A stretch of 64,000 nucleotides of DNA from a virus: the IMG/VR virus record IMGVR_UViG_3300044614_000912, positions 1 through 64,000 of that record; one strand, given 5' to 3'. A program made the position numbers and the translations under genes. This document shows positions 48,135 through 57,873 of the stretch, piece by piece. Numbering within the stretch: the stretch's first letter is position 1; every line of letters starts with the position of its first letter. The notes beneath the pieces were generated by a model, which saw only the letters and a program-made list of their open reading frames with translations, did no database searches and was not told the origin of the DNA.

Positions 48135-49595
48135 ATGGATAGTAAACTAACAGACATAGGAGCAGAACGTGCGGTTTTAGCTGGCGTTATGCAGCACGGA
48201 ATAGATGGATATGTTTCTATATCCGATCTTGTTACCGTTGATTCATTTGGACATGCTAATAATCAAGTTTTGTTCAAGTGCATAGACAAGGTTATCTCTA
48301 ATGAACAAAAGATAGATATACCAGCTTTATTGTCTGCGGCTTCACAGCTAAATCTATATGATTCTATCAACACCCCACAAGAGTTAAAGTATATCAAGTC
48401 TTTGTTTGATTTTCCAATTAGCAAAGAGAATATTTTTAGTTTTGCTATACAACTCAAGAAGTTTGAATTTGCTCGTAAGATTAAGAAGCTTACAGCCAAA
48501 ATCCACAAGGATATTGATGATGTAACAGGATCAGAGTCTATTAATGATATTATTCAGATACTAGAAAATCCCGTTACAGAATTCTTGAGAGAAGATGACG
48601 GTGCCGAAAATCCTGAGAAAATAGGCAAGGATATAAAACAATATGTTGAATTTCTAGAAAATAATAAGTGCGATATTATAGGTATTCCTACCGGCTTTAC
48701 TAGATTTGATGAAGCAATTGGTGGAGGATTAAGGCGAAAGTGCGTCGATTTGATCGCTGCTAGGCCAAAGGTTGGTAAAAGCGTTTTTGGTGATAATGTT
48801 GCTCTTAACGTAGCAAGCAAGGGATACCCAGTTCTTATGCTTGATACAGAAATGAGTAAAGAAGACCACCTAAACAGACTACTAGCAAATATTAGCGGTG
48901 TGCCAATTAATGAAATAGCAACTGGTAGATTTATTGACGATGAAGAAAAACATCAAAAGATTCTAGAAGCTATGAGCAAGCTAGAAAGCTTACCATATAG
49001 TTATATTAGCGTGGCTGGCAAACCATTCGAACAAATCTTGAATCTGATTAAACGATGGGTCATGCAAGAAGTCAAAACCGATGAAAATGGTAAAACTAAC
49101 GATTGTTTAATCATATATGACTATCTCAAGCTTATGTCATCAAGTTCGATCACAAATAATATTCAAGAATATCAAGCACTAGGATTTCAAATCACATCAT
49201 TGCATAACCTATGTGTTAAGCTAGATATCCCATGTTTGTCATTTGTACAGTTAAATCGTGATGGCATTACCAAAGAAAGTACAGACGCTGTTAGCGGTTC
49301 TGACAGACTAATTTGGTTATGTACATCATTCAGCATTTTCAAAATTAAATCGCCAGAAGAATTGGCAGAAGATGGTCCAAATGCTGGAAATAGAAAACTA
49401 GTACCTATTGTTGCTAGGCATGGTTCCGGCATGGATGATGGAGATTATATTAATATGTTGATGCAAGGTTCTCATTCTAAATTACGAGAACTCAAAACAA
49501 GAAATGAGTTTAAGAATCAACCAGTTGGTGATACTGGATTAGTTGACAATGAAACGCTAGACAAGTTGAAGAATGATGGACTTACAGAAGATTAA
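48135..49595 (+). CDS. dnaB: replicative DNA helicase
   Basis: AERAVL, GIPTGF, ARPKVGKS, DTEM, DYLKL, QLNR. Confidence 0.96.
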   Translation: MDSKLTDIGAERAVLAGVMQHGIDGYVSISDLVTVDSFGHANNQVLFKCIDKVISNEQKIDIPALLSAASQLNLYDSINTPQELKYIKSLFDFPISKENIFSFAIQLKKFEFARKIKKLTAKIHKDIDDVTGSESINDIIQILENPVTEFLREDDGAENPEKIGKDIKQYVEFLENNKCDIIGIPTGFTRFDEAIGGGLRRKCVDLIAARPKVGKSVFGDNVALNVASKGYPVLMLDTEMSKEDHLNRLLANISGVPINEIATGRFIDDEEKHQKILEAMSKLESLPYSYISVAGKPFEQILNLIKRWVMQEVKTDENGKTNDCLIIYDYLKLMSSSSITNNIQEYQALGFQITSLHNLCVKLDIPCLSFVQLNRDGITKESTDAVSGSDRLIWLCTSFSIFKIKSPEELAEDGPNAGNRKLVPIVARHGSGMDDGDYINMLMQGSHSKLRELKTRNEFKNQPVGDTGLVDNETLDKLKNDGLTED

Positions 49596-50601
49596 AGAAA
49601 AGCTAAATAGTAAAGCAACTGACGTATTTGATAAACTGGGCATGAAATATGAAGTGTTCGGTGACAACATATATTCTACTTGCCCCGTACACGATTCTAG
49701 CGACAACCCTAGGGCTTTTTCGTTTTCTATCGATAAAGGTATATGGAAGTGCTGGACAAGAGATTGTCAACATCAATATCGGAATGATATTTTTGGTTTA
49801 ATACGTGGAGCATTGTCAAATAAAGAAGGCGAGGACGTTGGATTCTCTCAAGCATTGAAGTGGGCGTGTGGACTACTAGATGTTAGAAGAACAACGACTC
49901 CAGAACCATCACAGCAAGTTACTTATTGCGATGAGTTTAGTAAGCTTGTAGATATGATTAATGAGGAGGTTGTATCCAAAAAATCCATCAAGCCAATTGA
50001 ATTAGACAATATTTCTTGCCCCTCGCAATATTTTCTTGGCAGGAATTTTAAAGAAGAAACGCTCAAGCATTTTGGTGTAGGAGATTGTCATACCCCAACA
50101 TCGAAGATGAACGATAGGGCGGTGATACCTATTCACGATGAAGATGGTAAAAACATAGTCGCTATTATAGGTAGAACGATAAAAGAATATAAGATGCCGA
50201 AGTTCTTAATTTATCCAAAAGGATTCAACAAGGGTGATTTTCTATACAACTATCATAGGGCTATCGAACATGTTTGTAATACTAAAACTCTGTTCTTAGT
50301 AGAGGGGCAGGGCGATGTTTGGCGTTTATATGAAGCCGGTATTTATAATGCAATGAGCCTGTTTGGAAAAAGTTTAAGTAGAGAGCAAGAAAACAAATTA
50401 CACAAAATGCCTCTCACGCATATAATAGTATTAACCGATAATGACCAAGCTGGTAGGGAATCAAAGATACAATTGCAGAGACAATTGAGCAGAATGTACA
50501 CACTAACATTTCCCAAACTATCTACCAAAGACGTTGGGGAAATGACCATAACTCAAATTCAAGAAAAACTGTTGCCACAAATCAAAGGATTCAATACATG
50601 A
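49576..50601 (+). CDS. dnaG: DNA primase (CHC2 Zn finger plus TOPRIM)
   Basis: CPVH...CWTRDC, VEGQGD, DNDQAG. Confidence 0.95.
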   Translation: MDLQKIKEKLNSKATDVFDKLGMKYEVFGDNIYSTCPVHDSSDNPRAFSFSIDKGIWKCWTRDCQHQYRNDIFGLIRGALSNKEGEDVGFSQALKWACGLLDVRRTTTPEPSQQVTYCDEFSKLVDMINEEVVSKKSIKPIELDNISCPSQYFLGRNFKEETLKHFGVGDCHTPTSKMNDRAVIPIHDEDGKNIVAIIGRTIKEYKMPKFLIYPKGFNKGDFLYNYHRAIEHVCNTKTLFLVEGQGDVWRLYEAGIYNAMSLFGKSLSREQENKLHKMPLTHIIVLTDNDQAGRESKIQLQRQLSRMYTLTFPKLSTKDVGEMTITQIQEKLLPQIKGFNT

Positions 50602-51335
50602 AAATCATAGGAATATCTGGTAAGAAGCAGTCTGGAAAAAACACTGTTGCCAATTATATCAATGGTGACGTTCTTCATCGTAAAGATATGGTCAAAGATT
50701 TTTATATTGATGAGAATGGAAAACTCGTTGTTAAAACCACAGACTCCAATGGAGAATTAGGATTTGGAGAGTTTGACGTTACCAGAAAAGACATTGATTT
50801 TATTGAATATGCACAGATAGAATTGTGGCCTTATATCAAAGTCTATCATTTTGCTGATCCACTCAAGGAAATGGCTATTAATCTTTTTGGGTTGAATCCT
50901 AACCATGTATATGGCAATGATGACGATAAGAATCAACTGACAAATATTGAATGGGATTCTTTGCCAAACAACGATAACAAAACTGGATTGATGACAGTAA
51001 GAGAGTTTTTAGAGTATTTTGGCACAAAGATTATTAGAAAGATTAAGAACAATGCTTGGAGTAAGTATTCTCTTAACAGAATTTTAGCTGAACAATCTCA
51101 GATAGCAATAGTTCCAGATGTTAGATTTCCCAACGAGGTCGAAGCAATCAAGGACGCTGGCGGCATTGTCATTAGATTAACAAGAAACGTATTTGATAGT
51201 AAAGCAGAGCCAGAGGTAGCATTAGATGAAAACAACTTTGATTGGAGTAACTTTGATCTTATATTAGATAATAGCAACACTACTCTGGATGGACTGTGCG
51301 AAGAACTTAAAAACAATACTTGGATATGGAGATAA
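50598..51335 (+). CDS. deoxynucleoside monophosphate kinase
   Basis: GKKQSGKNT, FADPLKE, R..L...GT, DVRFPNE. Confidence 0.9.
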   Translation: MKIIGISGKKQSGKNTVANYINGDVLHRKDMVKDFYIDENGKLVVKTTDSNGELGFGEFDVTRKDIDFIEYAQIELWPYIKVYHFADPLKEMAINLFGLNPNHVYGNDDDKNQLTNIEWDSLPNNDNKTGLMTVREFLEYFGTKIIRKIKNNAWSKYSLNRILAEQSQIAIVPDVRFPNEVEAIKDAGGIVIRLTRNVFDSKAEPEVALDENNFDWSNFDLILDNSNTTLDGLCEELKNNTWIWR

Positions 51336-51336
51336 T

Positions 51337-52356
51337 ATGCTAGTTACTTATATTAGATCATCAAGTTACAACAATTATTCGTATTGCCAGATGCAATACT
51401 TTATTACTTATGTTTTGGGTCATCAGCCCGACAGTGGTAAAAAAGCAGAATTAGGCACTATAGTTCACAAGGTAATGGAGGTACTAGCTAAACTTAAGAA
51501 GTTTAATCAAGACAATCCGAGTAAAAATAAACTCGTTATAACCGATGATGCTATAGGTAAAGTAGAAGCTAAAAAATCTGAACTATTTACAGATGATTTT
51601 GTCAAAGAAATTATACAGCGAAGTTTTTCATTTTATACGTCGGACTCCAAGCATAATTTCACAAAGGGCGATCATAATGGATGTTCCGAATTAGTATGGA
51701 ATACATTAGCGTATAACGATGGTCAATTTGATCCACGGCATCGTAAGATTGTAGCGGCAGAGCCACATTTTGATATACCAATTGATGAGGATTGGGCATT
51801 TTATGAATACCAGATTAATGGTCAAACTGTCAAGGGTCAATTAGCTATAAAAGGTACTATAGACCTTGTGACAGAATCCTCAGAGGGTATTATAGAGGTT
51901 ATTGATTGGAAAACGGGCCGAAGGCTAGATTGGGCTACTGGCGAAGAAAAGACATATGATAAGTTATGTTCAGACCCTCAATTACTGCTTTATAATTATG
52001 CTATTTCTAAGCTTTTTCCAGACTATAAGCAGGCTATTATGAGCATCTTTTTTATCAAGGACGGTGGACCATTTTCTATGTGTTTTGACAAGCAAGATGA
52101 GCAAAAGTTTCTAAAAATGCTCAAAAACAAGTTTGAAGATATCAAAAATAATACTACTCCACAGCCCATTTCTCAAAATAGGGAGAATTGGAAATGCACC
52201 AAACTGTGCCACTATTGCAAGAACAACTGGCCGGGAACAGACCAAAATATGTGTATATACATAGAGAATAGCCTTAAAAACAACGGAATGGAGCAAACTA
52301 TTAAGGATTGCACCAGAAAAGGCTTTGACATCGGTTTCTATTCCGCTCCGGGTTAA
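51337..52356 (+). CDS. PD-(D/E)XK exonuclease (RecB/Cas4-like)
   Basis: CQMQY, GTIVH, KGTIDL, IDWKTG, QL..Y, C-terminal C..LC..C. Confidence 0.9.
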   Translation: MLVTYIRSSSYNNYSYCQMQYFITYVLGHQPDSGKKAELGTIVHKVMEVLAKLKKFNQDNPSKNKLVITDDAIGKVEAKKSELFTDDFVKEIIQRSFSFYTSDSKHNFTKGDHNGCSELVWNTLAYNDGQFDPRHRKIVAAEPHFDIPIDEDWAFYEYQINGQTVKGQLAIKGTIDLVTESSEGIIEVIDWKTGRRLDWATGEEKTYDKLCSDPQLLLYNYAISKLFPDYKQAIMSIFFIKDGGPFSMCFDKQDEQKFLKMLKNKFEDIKNNTTPQPISQNRENWKCTKLCHYCKNNWPGTDQNMCIYIENSLKNNGMEQTIKDCTRKGFDIGFYSAPG

Positions 52357-52358
52357 TC

Positions 52359-53210
52359 ATGGATAAATTACTAACTATTGCTATGGCGACCTATGATGAT
52401 TATGATGGGGTATTTTTCTCCGTACAATCATTAAGAATTTATCACGAAATCTGCAAAACTGATGCTGTTCAGTTTGTATTATTAGATGGTAATCCCAATA
52501 GTGAACATGGCAAAGCCTGTAAAAGCTTCATTGAAAATCACGCCCGTGGTAAGTATATACCATACGATGGCGTTCCAAGTTCTTTTAATAAATACAAAAC
52601 GGTAGATTACGCTGATGGTAAATACATACTAATAATGGATTGCCACGTATTATTAGAGCCACAGGCGATATCAGCACTAATAAATTATTTTGCTAATAAT
52701 CCTAATTGCAAAAATTTGGTACAAGGTCCGTTATGGTATGATGATTTATTCAACATATCCACCCACTTTGATCAAAAGTGGAGTGGAGATATGTATGGAA
52801 CGTGGCAGACGAATAGGGTCGCATACGACGCTGGAGAACCGTTTGAAATAGAAATGCAAGGCATGGGCTTGCTAGCCTTTGAGAAATCTGCTTGGCAAGG
52901 TATAAGCCCTAATTTTAAAGGGTTTGGTGCAGAAGAGGGATATATAGCAGCAAAATTTAGACAATGGGGTGGAAAGAATATATGCTTACCACAACTCAAA
53001 TGGAATCATCGTTTTGGCAGACCAAACGGCGTAAAATATCCTTTGATATTAGAAGATAGAATTTGGAACTATTTTGTGGGCTGGCTAGAAATCACCAAAG
53101 ACCCAAATCATCAAATGATATCAGACATAAAGAAATATTTCTCTGAAAGAATCCCCGCTAGCAGCGTGGATAATATTCTACAAGCTGCTATACAACAAAC
53201 ACTTAATTAG
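52359..53210 (+). CDS. glycosyltransferase family 2
   Basis: LTIAMATY, MDCH (DxH), FKGFGAEE. Confidence 0.88.
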   Translation: MDKLLTIAMATYDDYDGVFFSVQSLRIYHEICKTDAVQFVLLDGNPNSEHGKACKSFIENHARGKYIPYDGVPSSFNKYKTVDYADGKYILIMDCHVLLEPQAISALINYFANNPNCKNLVQGPLWYDDLFNISTHFDQKWSGDMYGTWQTNRVAYDAGEPFEIEMQGMGLLAFEKSAWQGISPNFKGFGAEEGYIAAKFRQWGGKNICLPQLKWNHRFGRPNGVKYPLILEDRIWNYFVGWLEITKDPNHQMISDIKKYFSERIPASSVDNILQAAIQQTLN

Positions 53211-53221
53211 AGGAGATAACA

Positions 53222-54253
53222 ATGCCAATCCCATCACGAAAAAAGAATGAAGAAAAAGACTCTTTTGTATCTCGCTGTATGAGCAATGAAACGATGAAAA
53301 AAGAATATCCAGATGAGAAACAAAGAGTTGCTATCTGCATCGGTCAAGCCACAGCAGATTGTGATTGCATAGAAACTGCTGACTACGAATTACAGATGGA
53401 AGCTGGATATGCAGAGGAATTGACAGAAGAGAACTTTTATGTTCCATCAGCAGCAGAGTATGAAGATTTTGGCGAAGAAACAGAAGAATGGGACATTGCT
53501 GGCGAAAAACCCGGATTGTGGGAAAATATTAGAAAAAAGAAAGAAAGATTAGGTAAGAAATATAAGCCAGCTAAACCCGGTGATCCAGATAGGCCCGATC
53601 CCAAGTCTTGGAAAAAGGCTCAATCTGATGGCGGTGACGCTATGGCATTAGAACAAATTCAAAAAATGCACGATCAACTTATGGAAATCGTAATGAAACT
53701 TAAGGGAATGGAATTATCTGTTGAATTCCAAGATTGGACAAAGGACATGATTTCTAAAGCAGAAATTTATGTTCAAAATGTCTATGATTTTGTTAAGTAT
53801 TATGAACCCGGTAAGTACGAAGATGAATATACGGGCGAAGAGGAAGAAGAAGAAGAAGAAGAAGATACAGAGCAAGAGGATACAGAAGAACCAGAAATGG
53901 AATATGGCGAATATGAATACAAAGACCCACAAACCGGTGAAATCTATACATATAATCGTAGAGGATACTACGAAAAAGACGGGCGAGTTTTGATTTATAT
54001 GGGCAAAGCAGAAGAATATCAAGGCCGAAAGGTTACACTAAATAAACCATTTAGAACTCCTAGTGGGCCAAAGAAGTTCGCTGTATATGTAAAAAATGAA
54101 AGCGGCAATGTGGTCATTGTTCGTTTTGGCGATCCAAACATGAAGATCAAAAAGAATATTCCAGAACGAAGAAAGAGTTTCAGAGCAAGACATAATTGCG
54201 ATAATCCGGGTCCAAAATGGAAAGCTAGATATTGGGCCTGTAAGAGTTGGTGA
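53222..54253 (+). CDS. modular acidic/basic phage protein
   Basis: Several short modules; C-terminal RKSFRARHNC...ARYWACKSW. Confidence 0.78.
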   Translation: MPIPSRKKNEEKDSFVSRCMSNETMKKEYPDEKQRVAICIGQATADCDCIETADYELQMEAGYAEELTEENFYVPSAAEYEDFGEETEEWDIAGEKPGLWENIRKKKERLGKKYKPAKPGDPDRPDPKSWKKAQSDGGDAMALEQIQKMHDQLMEIVMKLKGMELSVEFQDWTKDMISKAEIYVQNVYDFVKYYEPGKYEDEYTGEEEEEEEEEDTEQEDTEEPEMEYGEYEYKDPQTGEIYTYNRRGYYEKDGRVLIYMGKAEEYQGRKVTLNKPFRTPSGPKKFAVYVKNESGNVVIVRFGDPNMKIKKNIPERRKSFRARHNCDNPGPKWKARYWACKSW

Positions 54254-54254
54254 T

Positions 54255-54485
54255 ATGCAATTAAGAGAAAAATGGAAAAACCATTTATCAAATAATGACA
54301 TGACTTACCGTGAGCATTGGGAGTTCGCGGTAGGTCATGGATTACTATGTTTAGAAGCAGGATTATTGTTAATTATTCATGGATTTTTACCATGCTTTTT
54401 TGAACGAACTGGTTCATTTTTAGTGCGGAAACTCAAAAAATCTTTCGATATTCATAGACAAGAGATAACTCAAAATAGGAGATAA
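54255..54485 (+). CDS. DUF6356-like small protein
   Basis: HL....TY..H..FA...IHGFLP..F..TGS. Confidence 0.72.
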   Translation: MQLREKWKNHLSNNDMTYREHWEFAVGHGLLCLEAGLLLIIHGFLPCFFERTGSFLVRKLKKSFDIHRQEITQNRR

Positions 54486-54488
54486 TTG

Positions 54489-55010
54489 ATGGACAAGATT
54501 AAAAATTTACTTCAAGATAAAACTGAATCACAAGTTGTTGAAGGATATTCCAATCAGCAAGTCATTGACTTAATCAAACAATCACTAAATGTTCACTGGC
54601 AACAATGCACAGCACTAACAGCACAAGCCGTTCATTTAGAGCGATGGGGATATACGAAATTAGCTAATATCATTAAAGCAGATGCTGAACAAGAGCATGA
54701 ACATGCCGCTATTAATATCGCTAGGCTAGAATTTTTCGATGTAGATTATCAGCCTATTACAATTTCTCAACCCGCGTGGACTAGACACAACATGGTTGCT
54801 ATGCTACAATATAATTTAGACTCTGTAAGACAAGCGGCTACTGTAGAAAGAGCCACAATTGTAGCCGCAAGAGCGGTTGGCGATGAAATGACTGCTAATT
54901 CTATGATTCCTCTTCTTCAAGGTAGTGAAGATGGTATCAAACTTTACGAAGCCTATTTAAAGATGATTGAAGAAATGGGATTAGACAATTTTCTATCTAT
55001 TCAAGTTTAA
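54489..55010 (+). CDS. bfr: bacterioferritin-like protein (degenerate ferroxidase centre)
   Basis: WGY.KL, E..HA, GD..T, C-terminal I.EMGL.NFL..Q. Confidence 0.85.
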   Translation: MDKIKNLLQDKTESQVVEGYSNQQVIDLIKQSLNVHWQQCTALTAQAVHLERWGYTKLANIIKADAEQEHEHAAINIARLEFFDVDYQPITISQPAWTRHNMVAMLQYNLDSVRQAATVERATIVAARAVGDEMTANSMIPLLQGSEDGIKLYEAYLKMIEEMGLDNFLSIQV

Positions 55011-55021
55011 TTGATTTTTAA

Positions 55022-55066
55022 GCACAGAGAACATTGATGGGTTCAAGCCCATCAGTGTTTTCTTGC
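55022..55066 (+). terminator. long hairpin / terminator
   Basis: AGAGAACATTGATGGGT-TCAA-GCCCATCAGTGTTTTCT. Confidence 0.7.
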
Positions 55067-55115
55067 GTGTTGAGCGTTATAATACTTTGATTGAGTCTCT
55101 AGTTGCGAGGATAAT

Positions 55116-56720
55116 ATGTCTTGGTTCCCTTTGAAAAATTACACACACTATAGTCTATTAAAGGGCTATTCTAAGCCCGACGAATTAGCTGCAAAATGCA
55201 AGGCTAACGGTTATAAGGCGTGTGGTATCTGTGATTATAAAACTATTTCTGGCTCTGTTGCTTTCTTTCAAGCTTGTAAAAAAGCTGGCATAAAGCCAAT
55301 CATAGGTTGCTCGTTCGATAACTTTGCTTTATTTGCTAAGAACAAATCTGGATGGCATGACTTAATAGAACTAGTATCATCACTAGATGATAATGATAAT
55401 GTGCCAGATGCTACACTCTCAAAAGTTCTTAAGAGAGATAATCTAATTAAGCTTTCTGACGCTCCTTCAAAGTCTATGCCTATTAGTTACTATACTAATA
55501 GAGAGGACGCAAAGCTACACAGAATATTGCTTTGTTCAGATATGAAAACAACCTTGCCGAAGGTTCTAAAAAGCATTAAGAGCGATAAAGCTGAACTATC
55601 CAAAGATCACGCCGATAAAGTAAAGTATTTTTTGAATGATGCTCTTTATGTCTTTAGTAATGATGAATCGAAAGATTTACCGCATGATGAATTAGATAAG
55701 ATTTATTCACAGTGTGAAGATTATGATATTCTTAATAAGCCAATGCTTCCTAAATTTGAGTGTCCCAACGGTCAAACAGAAGAAGATTATCTAAAAGAAC
55801 TTTGTAGGGATGGCTGGAAGAATCTATTGATGGCAAAGGGTAAGGTGTCAAAGGATGAAGATAAGCAGAAATATCTTGATAGATTCAAAGAAGAGTTTGA
55901 TGTTATTAAGGATGCTAATCTATTCGGATATTTCCTCATTGTGCGAGATATCATTAATTATGTGAACAATCAAGGCTGGCTTTCTGGTCCCGGTCGAGGA
56001 TCAGCGGCTGGGTGTTTAATCTCTTATCTTGTAGGTATTACCAAGATCGATCCGCTAGAATTTGACCTTCTGTTCGCAAGATTCTACAACGCTGGCAGAA
56101 ACAGTGCCGATCATATATCTCTACCAGATATTGATATGGACGTTCCCGGCAAACATAGGGATGCAATCATCGGATATATCAAAGATAAATACGGACATGA
56201 TCGCGTTAGCCAAATGTTAACGTTCGGAAGACTTCAAGGGAAGAGTGCCATTAAGGAAGTATTGCGAATTAATGAAGCCTGCTCTTTTGCAGAGATGAAT
56301 GCTATAAGTAACTGTATTCCAGATGAGGCTAAGATTTCTGATCAATTGGCAGAAATGGATGATGAAGACCGATCCATCATCAGATGGGCATTGATTAATA
56401 ATGCCGATGAACTACGAGACTTTTGCAGGATAAATGATAACGGAGAACTGGAAGGAGAATACGCAGACTATTTCGATCAAGCTATCAAGATAGAGGGTAC
56501 ATTTAAAACACAGGGTAAACATGCTGCTGGAGTAGTTATTTCAGCAGAACCATTGTGTAAAGTCTGCCCCATGGTAAAACAAAAGGGTTCTCACGAAAAG
56601 ATTGCCGGTTTAGAAATGACTGACCTAGAAGCACTAGGACATGTAAAATTCGATGTGCTAGGTATCAATTTGCTAGATAAGATTATGAAGATACAGGAGT
56701 TGCAGCATGATACAGTTTGA
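55116..56720 (+). CDS. dnaE: DNA polymerase III alpha, N-terminal half (PHP plus palm)
   Basis: YSLL.G, GIKPIIG, GPGRGSAAG, PDIDMD, HAAGVVI, KFDVLG. Confidence 0.95.
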   Translation: MSWFPLKNYTHYSLLKGYSKPDELAAKCKANGYKACGICDYKTISGSVAFFQACKKAGIKPIIGCSFDNFALFAKNKSGWHDLIELVSSLDDNDNVPDATLSKVLKRDNLIKLSDAPSKSMPISYYTNREDAKLHRILLCSDMKTTLPKVLKSIKSDKAELSKDHADKVKYFLNDALYVFSNDESKDLPHDELDKIYSQCEDYDILNKPMLPKFECPNGQTEEDYLKELCRDGWKNLLMAKGKVSKDEDKQKYLDRFKEEFDVIKDANLFGYFLIVRDIINYVNNQGWLSGPGRGSAAGCLISYLVGITKIDPLEFDLLFARFYNAGRNSADHISLPDIDMDVPGKHRDAIIGYIKDKYGHDRVSQMLTFGRLQGKSAIKEVLRINEACSFAEMNAISNCIPDEAKISDQLAEMDDEDRSIIRWALINNADELRDFCRINDNGELEGEYADYFDQAIKIEGTFKTQGKHAAGVVISAEPLCKVCPMVKQKGSHEKIAGLEMTDLEALGHVKFDVLGINLLDKIMKIQELQHDTV

Positions 56721-57192
56721 AGTTACTCAAGACATAATGGATACGGCAATCTCTAAAGCCAAAGAAATGGGAGAGTTGAATAATTCTATCACTATGGGCG
56801 ATGGTAATCTGGCTGGATTTATTGGAGAAGAAATAGTGTGCAGATTTATCAAAGGAACCACAGAAAATACATATGATTATGACATAGTTCGTAACGGTCA
56901 AACATATGACGTTAAAACCAAAAGATGCACTAGTCCACCAAAGCCATTTTATGATTGTTCTGTAGCGGCTTTTAACGTAAAACAGAAGTGTGATAAATAC
57001 GTATTCGTGAGGGTACAGTATAAAAATAATACATACGGACCAGCATGGATTTTAGGATGCAAAGACAAGGCAGAGTATTTCAAGAAAGCGAAAAAGTTAA
57101 ACAAGGGAGAAGTTGATCCTAGCAATAATTTTATTGTAAAAGCTGATTGCTATAATATGAGTATTAACGAATTAGACGCACTGGAGGTTTGA
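56707..57192 (+). CDS. PD-(D/E)XK-like nuclease-fold protein
   Basis: GFIGE...YDYD...DVKTK. Confidence 0.7.
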   Translation: MIQFEVTQDIMDTAISKAKEMGELNNSITMGDGNLAGFIGEEIVCRFIKGTTENTYDYDIVRNGQTYDVKTKRCTSPPKPFYDCSVAAFNVKQKCDKYVFVRVQYKNNTYGPAWILGCKDKAEYFKKAKKLNKGEVDPSNNFIVKADCYNMSINELDALEV

Positions 57193-57873
57193 ATGGCTAA
57201 TAGAGATTTTATTATATTCGATTTTGAAACAGGTTCAAGGAATCCGCATAGAACGCAACCAACACAAATTGCTGCATTAGCATTGGATGGTAGGAATCTA
57301 GCGGTAAAGGGGCAATTCAACAGTGAGATTCAGCCTATATTTGACGATGAAAAAGCTATTTCTCTTGGTCTTGACCCGATAGAAGATGAGGCATTAAAGA
57401 TCACCAACAAAACTAGGGATCAATTATCATCAGCACCATCGCTAAAGTCGGTTTGGTCTAAGTTCACAAAGTTTGTTTCACAATACAATTGGAAAGGCGA
57501 TGCGTTCTTTAATCCTATACCGGTTGGTTTCAACATCATAGGATTCGACTTAATTATCATTGATAGGCTGTGTAAAGAATATGGCCCATATGATGATGAA
57601 CGTAGACAGCAAAAATTATTTAGCAAGGTCTATAAGATTGATATTATGGACAATATATTTACGTGGACAGAAAGTGATCCATCTGTTAGGTCTATCAGCA
57701 TGGACTCATTAAGAGAACGAATGGGACTTAGTAGTGATGGGGCACACGACGCTCTACAAGACGTTAAAGATGAGGCAAATATATTCATCAAACTACTAAA
57801 GACGCACAGAGCGGTATATCAAAACGTTAATTTTGACAAAGCATTTGCAAGCGGGGAATTGTATGTTAAATGA
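57193..57873 (+). CDS. dnaQ: DEDDh 3'-5' exonuclease (epsilon-like)
   Basis: FDFETG, GFN..FD, HDALQD. Confidence 0.92.
   Translation: MANRDFIIFDFETGSRNPHRTQPTQIAALALDGRNLAVKGQFNSEIQPIFDDEKAISLGLDPIEDEALKITNKTRDQLSSAPSLKSVWSKFTKFVSQYNWKGDAFFNPIPVGFNIIGFDLIIIDRLCKEYGPYDDERRQQKLFSKVYKIDIMDNIFTWTESDPSVRSISMDSLRERMGLSSDGAHDALQDVKDEANIFIKLLKTHRAVYQNVNFDKAFASGELYVK

Noticed and set aside
51337-52356. Cas4 / CRISPR system
   Set aside because: No repeat-spacer array or other cas genes were seen; the context is a phage replication exonuclease.
53837-53863. (GAA)n microsatellite
   Set aside because: It encodes an in-frame poly-Glu linker; there is no sign of phase variation.
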